Source of the DNA: Oscillospiraceae bacterium
GTDB lineage: Bacteria; Bacillota; Clostridia; Oscillospirales; Oscillospiraceae
Assembly: GCA_021203885.1 (NCBI GenBank)
Contig: JAJQAH010000101.1
Span: 20,667-84,666 of the forward strand
Reading direction: 5' to 3'
Length of the DNA: 64,000 nt
Part shown: one piece after another, positions 27,841-36,727 of the stretch
Position numbering within the stretch: the stretch's first letter is position 1
Layout of the letters: each line of letters begins with the position of its first letter
Program-made: the position numbers and the translations under genes
The notes under the pieces: model-generated
Databases searched by the model: none
What the model saw: only the letters and a program-made list of their open reading frames with translations
Told to the model about the DNA's origin: nothing

Positions 27841-28977
27841 CTACTGCGGCACCCTGAGACGCTGCTCCGTGATTTCTTTCAGAGCCGAAACAAGTCCGTC
27901 CACTTCCTCCCGGCTGGTCTCCGGAGAGAAGGAGAGACGAAGGGCCCCCTGTGTCACCGGCCCGGGAAGTCCCAGAGCGGCGAAAACATGGCTCGGCTTT
28001 CCCTTGTGGCAGGCCGAGCCGTTCGCCACGCAGAAGCCCCGGCTGTCCAGATCGTTCATCACCATCTGGCTGGGATATCCGGGCAGGGAAAACGAACAGA
28101 TATGAGGCGCGTCCCCTCTGCTGATGATGACCAGGCCGGGGATTTCTTCCTGAAGCCGGTTCAGGGCATACTCTTTCACGGCCGCCACGTCCTCCATTTT
28201 TTGCAGATCGCACTCCCGGCATGCGGCGGCAAAGGCGGCCGCCTGCGCGGTGGCCTCCGTGCCCGGGCGGTGGCCGTCTTCCTGCCCCCCGCCGAAGAGC
28301 AGAGGACGGAACCGGTTCTGCCGTTCTTTTTTGACATAGAGCGCCCCCACACCTTTCGGGGCCCCTATCTTATGTCCGCTGACGGTCAGCAGATCCACGC
28401 CCAGTTTTCCGGGAGACATGGGTACGTGTCCCAGCGCCTGAACGGCATCGGTGTGAAAGATCAGATCCGGGTTCTTTTCTTTGGCCAGTCCGGCGCAGTC
28501 CGCCACCGGCAGGATCGTGCCCAGCTCGTTGTTGACCAGCATCATGGAGACCAGCACGGTATCCTCCCGCAGCGCACCGGCAAAATCCTGAACGCTGATG
28601 CGTCCCTCCCGGTCCGGCTGCAGGTAGGTCACGCTGAACCCCTCCCGCTCCAGCTGGCGGGCGGATTCCAGCACAGCCGCGTGTTCTATTGCCGTGGTGA
28701 TGATGTGCCTGCCCTGCCTCTCCATGGCCCGGGCTGCTCCGAACAGCGCCCAGTTATCTCCCTCGGTGCCTCCGGAAGTAAAGAAGATCTCCTCCGGTCG
28801 GCAGCCGACCGCATCCGCCACGTCGGCGCGCCACCCTTTCAGCGCGGCGGCGGCATCCCGGCCCAGGGAATATCCGGCTGACGGGTTTCCGAAATTTCCC
28901 GTCATTACCTCCATGGCCGCACGGGCCGCCGAGTCCCTGACCGGAGTGGTGGCTGCATAGTCAAAGTAGCCCGGCAT
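27841..28977 (-). CDS. cysteine desulfurase (NifS/IscS-like class V aminotransferase)
   Basis: 378 aa. YFDYAATTP N-terminus, SGHKIGAPKG PLP-lysine motif, SACH active Cys region. Confidence 0.88.
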   Translation of the reverse strand: MPGYFDYAATTPVRDSAARAAMEVMTGNFGNPSAGYSLGRDAAAALKGWRADVADAVGCRPEEIFFTSGGTEGDNWALFGAARAMERQGRHIITTAIEHAAVLESARQLEREGFSVTYLQPDREGRISVQDFAGALREDTVLVSMMLVNNELGTILPVADCAGLAKEKNPDLIFHTDAVQALGHVPMSPGKLGVDLLTVSGHKIGAPKGVGALYVKKERQNRFRPLLFGGGQEDGHRPGTEATAQAAAFAAACRECDLQKMEDVAAVKEYALNRLQEEIPGLVIISRGDAPHICSFSLPGYPSQMVMNDLDSRGFCVANGSACHKGKPSHVFAALGLPGPVTQGALRLSFSPETSREEVDGLVSALKEITEQRLRVPQ

Positions 28978-30179
28978 TAGTTCATGCGCTGAAGGATCGC
29001 AGCTAAAAATTCATCTGTGGATACGGTGCGGGCCGCGGTTTTTCCTTCCCACAGGCCGGCCAGGTCCTTCGTCATGGTCCCCTCCTGGATCACGTCAAGC
29101 GTGCATTTTTCCAGGCGGTCGGCGAAATCCTGCAGCTCCTGGATCCCGTCGAGTTCCCCTCTTTTTCTCAGCGCCCCGGTCCATGCGAACAGGGTCGCCA
29201 CGGGGTTGGTGGACGGTGTCTCCCCCTGCTGATACCGATAATAATGCTTCGTGACCGTTCCGTGCGCCGCTTCATATTCGTACTTCCCGTCGGGAGAAAC
29301 CAGTACGGAGGTCATCATGGCCAGACTGCCGAAAGCGGTGGAGACCATGTCGCTCATGACATCGCCGTCGTAATTCTTGCACGCCCAGATGAATCCGCCT
29401 TTTGAGCGGATGACCCTGGCCACGGCGTCATCGATCAGCGTATAAAAGTATTTCAGTCCGAGCTGTTCAAATTTATCCTGATATTCCGTCAGATAGACAT
29501 CTTCAAAAATATCTTTAAAGTCGCGGTCGTAAACCTTTGAGATGGTGTCTTTGGTGGAGAACCACAGATCCTGCTTCCGGTCCACCGCGTATTGGAAACA
29601 GGCCCTGGCGAAGGACCGGATGGAGGCATCCCTGTTGTGCTGGCCCTGAATGACCCCGGGGCCCTCGAACTGGAAAATCGTCTGCCGGTTCTCCGTTCCG
29701 TCGTCACCGGTAAATACCAGCTCGGCTTTCCCCGGAGTTTCCACCCGGTATTCCACCGCTTTATAAATATCCCCGTAAGCGTGCCTCGCGATCGTGATGG
29801 GACTTTCCCAGTTCCTGACGGCCGGCGAGATCCCGTCGATCATAATGGGCGTACGGAATACCGTGCCGTCCAGGATCGCCCGGATGGTCCCGTTGGGCGA
29901 TTTCCACATCTGAGAAAGGCCGTATTCCTCCATCCGCTGAGCGTTGGGCGTAATGGTCGCGCATTTGACACCCACTCCATATTCCTTGACCGCGTTCGCG
30001 GCGTCTTCGGTCACCTGGTCTCCGGTCGCCTCCCGGTTGGGCAGGCCCAGGTCGAAGTACACCGTTTTCAAATCGATGAACGGCTCCAGAAGCCGTGTTT
30101 TGATCTGCTCCCAGATGACCCTCGTCATTTCATCCCCGTCCATCTCGACAATGGGCGTCTTCATCTGGATCTTTCCCAT
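28977..30179 (-). CDS. icd: NADP-dependent isocitrate dehydrogenase (eukaryote-like type II)
   Basis: MGKIQMKTPIVEMDGDEMTRVIW... N-terminus. ATG 30179 lies 8 nt after GGAG, while the alternative GTG at 30188 abuts the RBS. Its stop overlaps the nifS-like start by 1 nt (TAATG). Confidence 0.9.
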   Translation of the reverse strand: MGKIQMKTPIVEMDGDEMTRVIWEQIKTRLLEPFIDLKTVYFDLGLPNREATGDQVTEDAANAVKEYGVGVKCATITPNAQRMEEYGLSQMWKSPNGTIRAILDGTVFRTPIMIDGISPAVRNWESPITIARHAYGDIYKAVEYRVETPGKAELVFTGDDGTENRQTIFQFEGPGVIQGQHNRDASIRSFARACFQYAVDRKQDLWFSTKDTISKVYDRDFKDIFEDVYLTEYQDKFEQLGLKYFYTLIDDAVARVIRSKGGFIWACKNYDGDVMSDMVSTAFGSLAMMTSVLVSPDGKYEYEAAHGTVTKHYYRYQQGETPSTNPVATLFAWTGALRKRGELDGIQELQDFADRLEKCTLDVIQEGTMTKDLAGLWEGKTAARTVSTDEFLAAILQRMN

Positions 30180-30220
30180 AAAAAACACTCCTTTAGTCTG
30201 CAGAAGAAATTTCAGTTTTT

Positions 30221-30249
30221 AGTATATACCCTCACCGGGGAAAAGACAA
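30221..30249 (-). promoter_or_regulatory. candidate sigma-A promoter of icd
   Basis: Minus strand: TTGTCT, 17 nt, TATACT. Confidence 0.45.
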
Positions 30250-30337
30250 GTCCCAAGGCCTTCCCTCCGGTATCCGGGCGGCTGAAATTCCGCGCCCGGT
30301 CCCGTCTTTCCGCCGGGGAAACTTCCCTTCGGAACTC

Positions 30338-30366
30338 TTGCCATATCCCCGAAAGAAGAGTAAAAT
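30338..30366 (+). promoter_or_regulatory. candidate sigma-A promoter of miaA
   Basis: TTGCCA, 17 nt, TAAAAT. Confidence 0.5.
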
Positions 30367-30402
30367 AGTCAACATAAAACACCGAGGGGGAGGTGCGCCT
30401 CT

Positions 30403-31371
30403 GTGCCGGAGCAAATCGTTACGGTGGTCGGTCCGACCGCTTCCGGAAAAACCGGCCTGGCCATCGAACTGGCAAAGCGCTGGAACGGAGAAGTGGTCTC
30501 CTGCGATTCCATGCAGATCTACCGCGGGATGGACATCGGAACGGCCAAGCCCACGGCTCAGGAACGCGCCGCCGTCCCGCATCATATGATCGACGTGGCC
30601 GATCCGGCGGAAAACTATTCCGTTGCCCGCTATGTCAGGGAGGCTTCCGCCTGTGTCGACGACATCATCAGGCGCGGCCGGCTGCCTATCGTGGCAGGAG
30701 GGACGGGTCTGTATCATGACGCTCTGCTGGCCGGGCGGGAGTTCGCCTCTTTTTCCGGCCGCTACCGGCAGGAGCTGGAGGAGCGGGCCGCCCGGGGAGA
30801 GCTGCCCGAGATGTACCGCGAACTTGAAAGAGTCGACCCCGAGCGGGCCGCTTCGCTGGAGCCCACGGATCAAAAACGGGTCATCCGGGCTTTGGAGATC
30901 TGGTACGAGACCGGCAGCACAATGACCCAGCATGATCAGGCCAGCCGCCTGCAGCCGCCCAGATATGAAGCGGTCACCATCGGCCTTACCTTTGCGGACC
31001 GATCTCAGCTGTACAGCCGCATTGACCGCAGGGTGGAGAAAATGATGGCCGACGGCCTGGTGGATGAAGTGTCTGCCCTGCTGCAGGCTGGAATCCCCCG
31101 CAGATGCACGGCCATGCAGGCCATCGGCTACAAGGAACTCGCAGATGCGCTGGAAGAAGGACGGCCGCCGGAACAGGCGGAAGAAGAGATCAAACAGCGG
31201 ACCCGGCAGTATGCCAAAAGGCAGCTGACCTGGTTCCGCCGGAACTCCTCCGTCCGGTGGTTCCAGTGGGAGGATACGCCCGATCCGGATCAGGCCGTCG
31301 CCTTTTCGGAAAAATATCTGGCATCTCTCCGTCCCAAACAGGACGGATCTTTTCAGCCGCAAATACAGTGA
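30403..31371 (+). CDS. miaA: tRNA dimethylallyltransferase
   Basis: 322 aa, GTG start. GPTASGKT P-loop and DSMQIYRGMDIGTAKP motif. Confidence 0.92.
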   Translation: MPEQIVTVVGPTASGKTGLAIELAKRWNGEVVSCDSMQIYRGMDIGTAKPTAQERAAVPHHMIDVADPAENYSVARYVREASACVDDIIRRGRLPIVAGGTGLYHDALLAGREFASFSGRYRQELEERAARGELPEMYRELERVDPERAASLEPTDQKRVIRALEIWYETGSTMTQHDQASRLQPPRYEAVTIGLTFADRSQLYSRIDRRVEKMMADGLVDEVSALLQAGIPRRCTAMQAIGYKELADALEEGRPPEQAEEEIKQRTRQYAKRQLTWFRRNSSVRWFQWEDTPDPDQAVAFSEKYLASLRPKQDGSFQPQIQ

Positions 31372-31425
31372 AAGAGCTTTTCCCCGTTCAGGGAAAAGGA
31401 GCAGAACAGGAAGGGGCATACCCAT

Positions 31426-32706
31426 TTGAAAGTAACCTCAAAATATACAAGGATCGTTATGATGGTACTGCTGATCGGCGTGCTGATCTATCTGGCCGTA
31501 TACATTTTTCGCAGCCTGACTAACAATGTATCGACGACCATCGCATATCAGGATACCCTGGAAGTGGAACTGGACACGACCGGGATCATCGTCAGGGAAG
31601 AGAAAACTCTGTCCGGCGACGGCAACATCGTGGAAATCGTCGCTGATGAAGGGAGCAGAGTATCTGTGGGACAGGTTCTGGCCAATCTGTATCCGGACAG
31701 CGACGCTCTGAGCAACCGGGAAGAACTGAATATGCTGCAGCAGGAGCTTGAGGATCTGCAGGCTATTCTGGACGATGAGGGCACCACCAGCTCCGCTACT
31801 TTGGAACAGCAGATCTTTCAGTCCGTCCTTTCTCTGCGGAGCCAGACGGTCAGCGGGGACCTGACTTCTGTCGAAAACAGTACGCAGTCTCTCCGCGCTC
31901 TGGTCTTCCAGCAGGAATCTTCCGCTTCCTCGGACAGCACTTCTTTATCCGCTTCCCTGGCCCAGTCCATAGAGGATCTGGAATCTCAGATCAGTACGCT
32001 TTCCTCACAGTCCGGCAGTACCGATACGTCGCTGACGGCCTCTGTCTCCGGCCTGTTCTCCAGTGAAACAGACGGCCTGGAGGATTCTCTGACTCCCAGC
32101 TCAATTCTCTCCATGACTCCTTCCCAGCTGACCAGAGCCGCTAATCTGGACGTCTCCACTGACGGCCTGATCGGGAAGATCGTCACCAGTGACAAGTGGT
32201 ATTATGCGGTCATTGTTGACGGCAGCGCAGCATCTCTTCTTCCCGAGGGCAGCCAGGTAACCGCGCGTTTTTCGCCCGACTTTACCGAGGAGGTCACCAT
32301 GACCGTGGAACAGCAGAGCAACGAGGGACAGGAGGAAAACGGACAGATCGTTCTGATCCTGTCCTCCGACAGGTACCTGTCCCAGGTCCTCTCATTGCGG
32401 GAACAGTCGGCCCAGCTGATCACAGAGAGTTATGAGGGGATCCGGATCCCCCAGAAAGCACTGCATATGGAAGAAGGAACCAGTGCCGATCCGGAGACCG
32501 GTACGGAAACGACCGGCTACGAAGCCGGTGTCTATACAATGGCAGGTGCACAGGCCCGGTATAATCCGGTCTCCGTCGTGGCATCGGGCAGCGACTACTA
32601 CCTGGTCACGCCCGCCACTACCGACAGTGACCATATTCTGCGGGTGGGAGATACCGTGATCGTCTCGGCCTCCGGCCTGTATGACGGGAAGGTGATTTCC
32701 GAATGA
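31426..32706 (+). CDS. HlyD-family (membrane-fusion-like) protein with a Ser/Thr-rich central region
   Basis: 426 aa. N-terminal TM, lipoyl-like GSRVSVGQVLANLY, coiled-coil segment, C-terminal GDTVIV...DGKVI barrel motif. Confidence 0.6.
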   Translation: MKVTSKYTRIVMMVLLIGVLIYLAVYIFRSLTNNVSTTIAYQDTLEVELDTTGIIVREEKTLSGDGNIVEIVADEGSRVSVGQVLANLYPDSDALSNREELNMLQQELEDLQAILDDEGTTSSATLEQQIFQSVLSLRSQTVSGDLTSVENSTQSLRALVFQQESSASSDSTSLSASLAQSIEDLESQISTLSSQSGSTDTSLTASVSGLFSSETDGLEDSLTPSSILSMTPSQLTRAANLDVSTDGLIGKIVTSDKWYYAVIVDGSAASLLPEGSQVTARFSPDFTEEVTMTVEQQSNEGQEENGQIVLILSSDRYLSQVLSLREQSAQLITESYEGIRIPQKALHMEEGTSADPETGTETTGYEAGVYTMAGAQARYNPVSVVASGSDYYLVTPATTDSDHILRVGDTVIVSASGLYDGKVISE

Positions 32707-33410
32707 GCATCCGGGAAAATGTGGCGGCTGTACGGGAGCGGATGGCAGCGGCGGCACGCCGGAGCGGACGTGATCCGGACGAGATAACCCTGGTCGCCGC
32801 CACCAAGGTCCAAACCTCGGAAACGATCCGGGAGGTCATTGCCGCGGGGGTAACGATCTGCGGGGAAAACCGGGTCCAGGAGATGACCGCACATCTGGAA
32901 GACAATGCATATGCAGGAGCCCGTCTCCATATGATCGGGCACCTGCAGACCAACAAAGTAAAACAGGTCGTGGGCCGGGTGGATATGATCGAATCAGTGG
33001 ATTCGCTCCATCTTCTGGAAGCCGTTGAAAAGCAGGCCGCTCTCATCGGCCTGACACAGGAGATCCTGCTGGAGGTAAATATCGCCGGAGAGGAAAGCAA
33101 GAGCGGATTTGCCCCGGATCAGGTGATTCCGGCGGCTGAGCGCTGCCTGGAATTTCCCCATATTCAGCTGAGGGGTCTAATGTGTATTCCCCCTCCCGTC
33201 GGGCCCGGAGAATCCAACAGAAAACTTTTTGCAAAAACTCGGCAGCTTTTTGTTGACATAAAGAAAGATTTGTCGGATAATTGTAATAGGCTAAATTATT
33301 TATCAATGGGAATGAGCGGTGATTTTGAAGACGCGATAGAAGAAGGCGCCACTTTGATCCGGGTCGGCACTGCCTTGTTCGGGCCGCGGCCTCCCAAAAC
33401 TGAGCCGTAG
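32703..33410 (+). CDS. ylmE: YggS/YlmE-family pyridoxal-phosphate homeostasis protein
   Basis: 235 aa. ...TLVAATKVQ (PLP Lys), HMIGHLQTNK, LSMGMSGDFEDAIEEGAT. Confidence 0.9.
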   Translation: MSIRENVAAVRERMAAAARRSGRDPDEITLVAATKVQTSETIREVIAAGVTICGENRVQEMTAHLEDNAYAGARLHMIGHLQTNKVKQVVGRVDMIESVDSLHLLEAVEKQAALIGLTQEILLEVNIAGEESKSGFAPDQVIPAAERCLEFPHIQLRGLMCIPPPVGPGESNRKLFAKTRQLFVDIKKDLSDNCNRLNYLSMGMSGDFEDAIEEGATLIRVGTALFGPRPPKTEP

Positions 33411-33459
33411 TCTCAAATACAAACGCCATTAAAACTAAATGAAAGGACTGTGATTCTTT

Positions 33460-33957
33460 ATGGGTTTCATGGACGAGATCAGGCGGATTGCCCACCCGTA
33501 TGAAGACGATGAAGAGGACGATTTCGATGATGATTACGATGATCAGCCTGAGCGGGGCAGCAGTGTCCGGGAAAGAAACAGGGATTCCTATTATGAGCGC
33601 GACAGATATGACCGCGACAGGGTCCCGGAATCCGACCGGCGCGGCAACAACAATAAAGTAGTCAATATTCATACGACTACTCAGCTTCAGGTGGTTCTGG
33701 TCAAACCGGACCGGTTTGAGGCGGCTTCCGAGATTGCTGACCATCTGAGAGATAAACGCACGGTGGTTCTCAATCTGGAATCCACGGAAAAAGAAGTATC
33801 CCGGCGTCTTCTGGATTTTCTGTCCGGCGTTGCCTATGCTAATGAGGGCAAGATAAAAAAAGTGGCCCTTGCAACCTATATCATTACTCCCTATAATGTA
33901 GATATTATCGGGGACCTGATCAATGATTTGGAAAACAACGGCCTGTATTTTTCGTAG
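33460..33957 (+). CDS. sepF: cell division protein SepF
   Basis: 165 aa. Acidic N-terminal linker, C-terminal SepF core (VVLVKPDRFEAASEIADHLRDKRTVVLNL). Confidence 0.85.
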   Translation: MGFMDEIRRIAHPYEDDEEDDFDDDYDDQPERGSSVRERNRDSYYERDRYDRDRVPESDRRGNNNKVVNIHTTTQLQVVLVKPDRFEAASEIADHLRDKRTVVLNLESTEKEVSRRLLDFLSGVAYANEGKIKKVALATYIITPYNVDIIGDLINDLENNGLYFS

Positions 33958-33971
33958 GAGGGTGATTTAAA

Positions 33972-34772
33972 ATGTTGACTCCACAGGAAGTATCTGAATT
34001 TTCTTTCCCAAAAGCTTCTCTCGGCGGCGGCTATAATATGGCTTCGGTCGACGATTTTCTCGACCAGCTGACGGAAGACTATACCGCTCTTTACAAAGAA
34101 AACGCATCATTAAAATCTAAAATGAAAGTCCTCTCCGACTCACTGGAAGAATACCGTGTGACGGAAAAGGGTATGCGCCGCGCACTTCTTGCCGCTCAGC
34201 AGGAAGCGGACGAAATGGTCTCGGATGCCGAAAAGAAGAGGGACGAACTGCTTACCTCAGCCGAGGCAGAAGCCAAGGAGACTGTTGAGAATCTGCGCCA
34301 TCAGACGGTCGAAGAGCAGGAGCGCCTGGAAACAGCCAGAAAATCCACCTCGGATTATATTGATCTGGTCCGTCAGGCAATGGAAAACCATAAACAGTCG
34401 CTGGACCAGCTGGAAGAAGTCGTTTCCGTGGGACAGCCCGAGGTTACCGTCGAGGCCAGCAGTGTGGAAGTGGATGATGCTGTCCAGGATATTGAAGCCT
34501 CCATCAACCGCCTGATCGACACGCCGGAAGAGACCCCGCAGCAGGAAAACGTGGGCTTTGAATCGGGAAGCAGTCCGGATCAGGGGAATGACTCTTCTTC
34601 ATTCCAGAAATCAACCGAGGGTGAAACCCCGAGCCACCGTGCTCAGGAACGTTCTGCTTCTTTTGACGATGATATTCCGGACGACAACGCCGACTCAGAT
34701 TCTTCTCCTACCCGCCGCATTGATTTTGATAATCTGCAGTTCGGTTCCAATTACGATAATAACGGAGTTTAG
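33972..34772 (+). CDS. divIVA: DivIVA-domain protein
   Basis: 266 aa. MLTPQEVSEFSFPKASLGGGYNMASVDDFLD N-terminal DivIVA lipid-binding domain plus coiled coil. Confidence 0.85.
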   Translation: MLTPQEVSEFSFPKASLGGGYNMASVDDFLDQLTEDYTALYKENASLKSKMKVLSDSLEEYRVTEKGMRRALLAAQQEADEMVSDAEKKRDELLTSAEAEAKETVENLRHQTVEEQERLETARKSTSDYIDLVRQAMENHKQSLDQLEEVVSVGQPEVTVEASSVEVDDAVQDIEASINRLIDTPEETPQQENVGFESGSSPDQGNDSSSFQKSTEGETPSHRAQERSASFDDDIPDDNADSDSSPTRRIDFDNLQFGSNYDNNGV

Positions 34773-34786
34773 AATTATCTGTATTT

Positions 34787-34829
34787 TAAAAAAGCAGGGA
34801 TGTCTGTACGGACATTCCTGCTTTTTTTG
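34787..34829. terminator. bidirectional intrinsic terminator (divIVA / mutL convergent ends)
   Basis: GCAGGGATGTC-loop-GACATTCCTGC stem between AAAAAA and TTTTTTT. Confidence 0.85.
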
Positions 34830-34852
34830 TTCCGAAATGCGGCCGGATATTT

Positions 34853-36724
34853 TCATGTCCGCTTAAACTGTTTCTCCAAAGAACTCCGGGTCAGTTCAAT
34901 AGCGACCGGGCGGCCATGCGGGCAGTAACGCACCTGCCCGCTGAGAACGGCGCGGGCAACGGTCTCAAGCTCCTGGGTATCGTTTTTTTGCCCGCCTTTG
35001 ATGGCTGCCTTACAGGCGATCGTATGTATCATCTCATCCCTTGCCGCGGACGGGTCTGCCCGCCCTCCGGTTGTCAGAAGCCGTCCGGCTAATTCGCAGA
35101 GGACCGCCGGGCCCTGTTCCGGTCCGATATCGTACGGGATCTGTCGCAGAAGCAGTGCTCCGCCGCCGAAATCTTCCACTTCGAATCCGAATTCTTCCAG
35201 CAGGGACAGGTTCTCCAGAAGTACGTTTGCTTCCTCCGGAGCCGGGGTAAAGACCTGCGGTTCCAGCAGGGGCTGGCTCATGGGCCGCCAGTCCTGACTC
35301 TTCAGCCGGTCAAAGCACATGCGTTCATGGGCCGCATGTTTATCTATAATCGTAATCGTATCTCCCTGTTCCACGATGATATATGTGTCCAGCATCTGGC
35401 CCACCAGCCTCCAGGGCTGCATTTCCGTGTCGGGAGCCGGCTGGTTCTCTTCTTCCGCGGGTACACTCACGTCCGGTTCTTTCTCCGGCTGCGCACTGCT
35501 TTCGGACTGGACGGGACCTTCCCTCGTCTCCGGTCCGCCGGAGACGGAACGCTGATCCGCGGCGGGCCGGGCTGCAGGACCGGCGGGCTGGAACGCGCCG
35601 GGAGTCACCGGCCTGTCTCTCATGGTATCCCGTGTCTCCATGCGGGAAAGGGGGATCCGGACCTGTTCGGCAGTGACCTTGTCTTCCGGTGTCGGCTTGT
35701 CCAAGTGAAGAGCCGGGCGCTCTTCTTCCCCTTCCAGTGCCGACAGCACCGTTTGATATACTGCATCGAAGATCTGCCGCTCGGTGACAAATTTCACCTC
35801 GGTCTTGGCCGGGTGGACATTGACGTCGACCGCAGACAGTTTTGTGGTGATATACAGCACGCAGGCAGGGAATTTCCCTACCATTTTCTGATTGGCGTAG
35901 GCCTGCTCCAGAGCCGCTGTCAGTGTCTGGGATTTGATCCAGCGGCCGTTGATAAAAAAGAACTGGTGGCTTCGGGTCCCCCGGCAGCATACCGGCGCGC
36001 TGACAAAGCCGGATACCGTCACGCCATCTTCCCCGCTGCCTTTCGCAGGCAGGAAACCCAGCGCCAGATCTCTTCCCAGAACACTGTACAATGCCGACTG
36101 CGGCTGCCCGTCCCCGGGGGTGCGCAGGTCCGTTTTCCCGTCTCGTATAAAAGCAAAGGATACTTCCGGATGGGCCAAAGCTTCCCGCTGGACCGCAGAC
36201 AGAACGGCCGCACTTTCCGCGCTGTCCCGGCGGACGAACTTCAGGCGGGCCGGCGTATTGAAGAAGAGATCCCGGACGATCATGGTGGTTCCCACCGGGC
36301 ATCCGCTCTCCTCCTTCAGTGTGATCTGGCCTCCTTCAAGGTCCAGTGCCACCCCCGTCGTGGAATCAGCTGTACGGGTCATCATCTCCATGCGCGAAAC
36401 AGCGGCGATGGCAGCCAGGGCTTCTCCTCGAAATCCCAGTGTTCCGATGGCCTCCAGGTCATGTTCCGTACGCAGTTTGCTGGTGGCATGGCGCAGAAAA
36501 GCAAGTTCAACTTCCTCCTCCGGGATCCCGCATCCGTCATCGGTGACCCGGATCATTTCCATTCCGCCCCGGCGGATCTCAACCGTTACGGAACCGGCTC
36601 CGGCATCGATCGAATTCTCCACCAATTCTTTCACCACACTGGCCGGGCGTTCCACTACTTCTCCGGCGGCAATCAAATCGGCTACATGCTGGTCGAGCTT
36701 CTGAATATGCGCCAATGCACACAC
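34853..36724 (-). CDS. mutL: DNA mismatch repair endonuclease MutL
   Basis: 623 aa. IAAGEVVERPASVVKELVENSIDAG GHKL N-terminus, DKHAAHER endonuclease motif. Confidence 0.95.
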   Translation of the reverse strand: MCALAHIQKLDQHVADLIAAGEVVERPASVVKELVENSIDAGAGSVTVEIRRGGMEMIRVTDDGCGIPEEEVELAFLRHATSKLRTEHDLEAIGTLGFRGEALAAIAAVSRMEMMTRTADSTTGVALDLEGGQITLKEESGCPVGTTMIVRDLFFNTPARLKFVRRDSAESAAVLSAVQREALAHPEVSFAFIRDGKTDLRTPGDGQPQSALYSVLGRDLALGFLPAKGSGEDGVTVSGFVSAPVCCRGTRSHQFFFINGRWIKSQTLTAALEQAYANQKMVGKFPACVLYITTKLSAVDVNVHPAKTEVKFVTERQIFDAVYQTVLSALEGEEERPALHLDKPTPEDKVTAEQVRIPLSRMETRDTMRDRPVTPGAFQPAGPAARPAADQRSVSGGPETREGPVQSESSAQPEKEPDVSVPAEEENQPAPDTEMQPWRLVGQMLDTYIIVEQGDTITIIDKHAAHERMCFDRLKSQDWRPMSQPLLEPQVFTPAPEEANVLLENLSLLEEFGFEVEDFGGGALLLRQIPYDIGPEQGPAVLCELAGRLLTTGGRADPSAARDEMIHTIACKAAIKGGQKNDTQELETVARAVLSGQVRYCPHGRPVAIELTRSSLEKQFKRT

Positions 36725-36727
36725 CCC

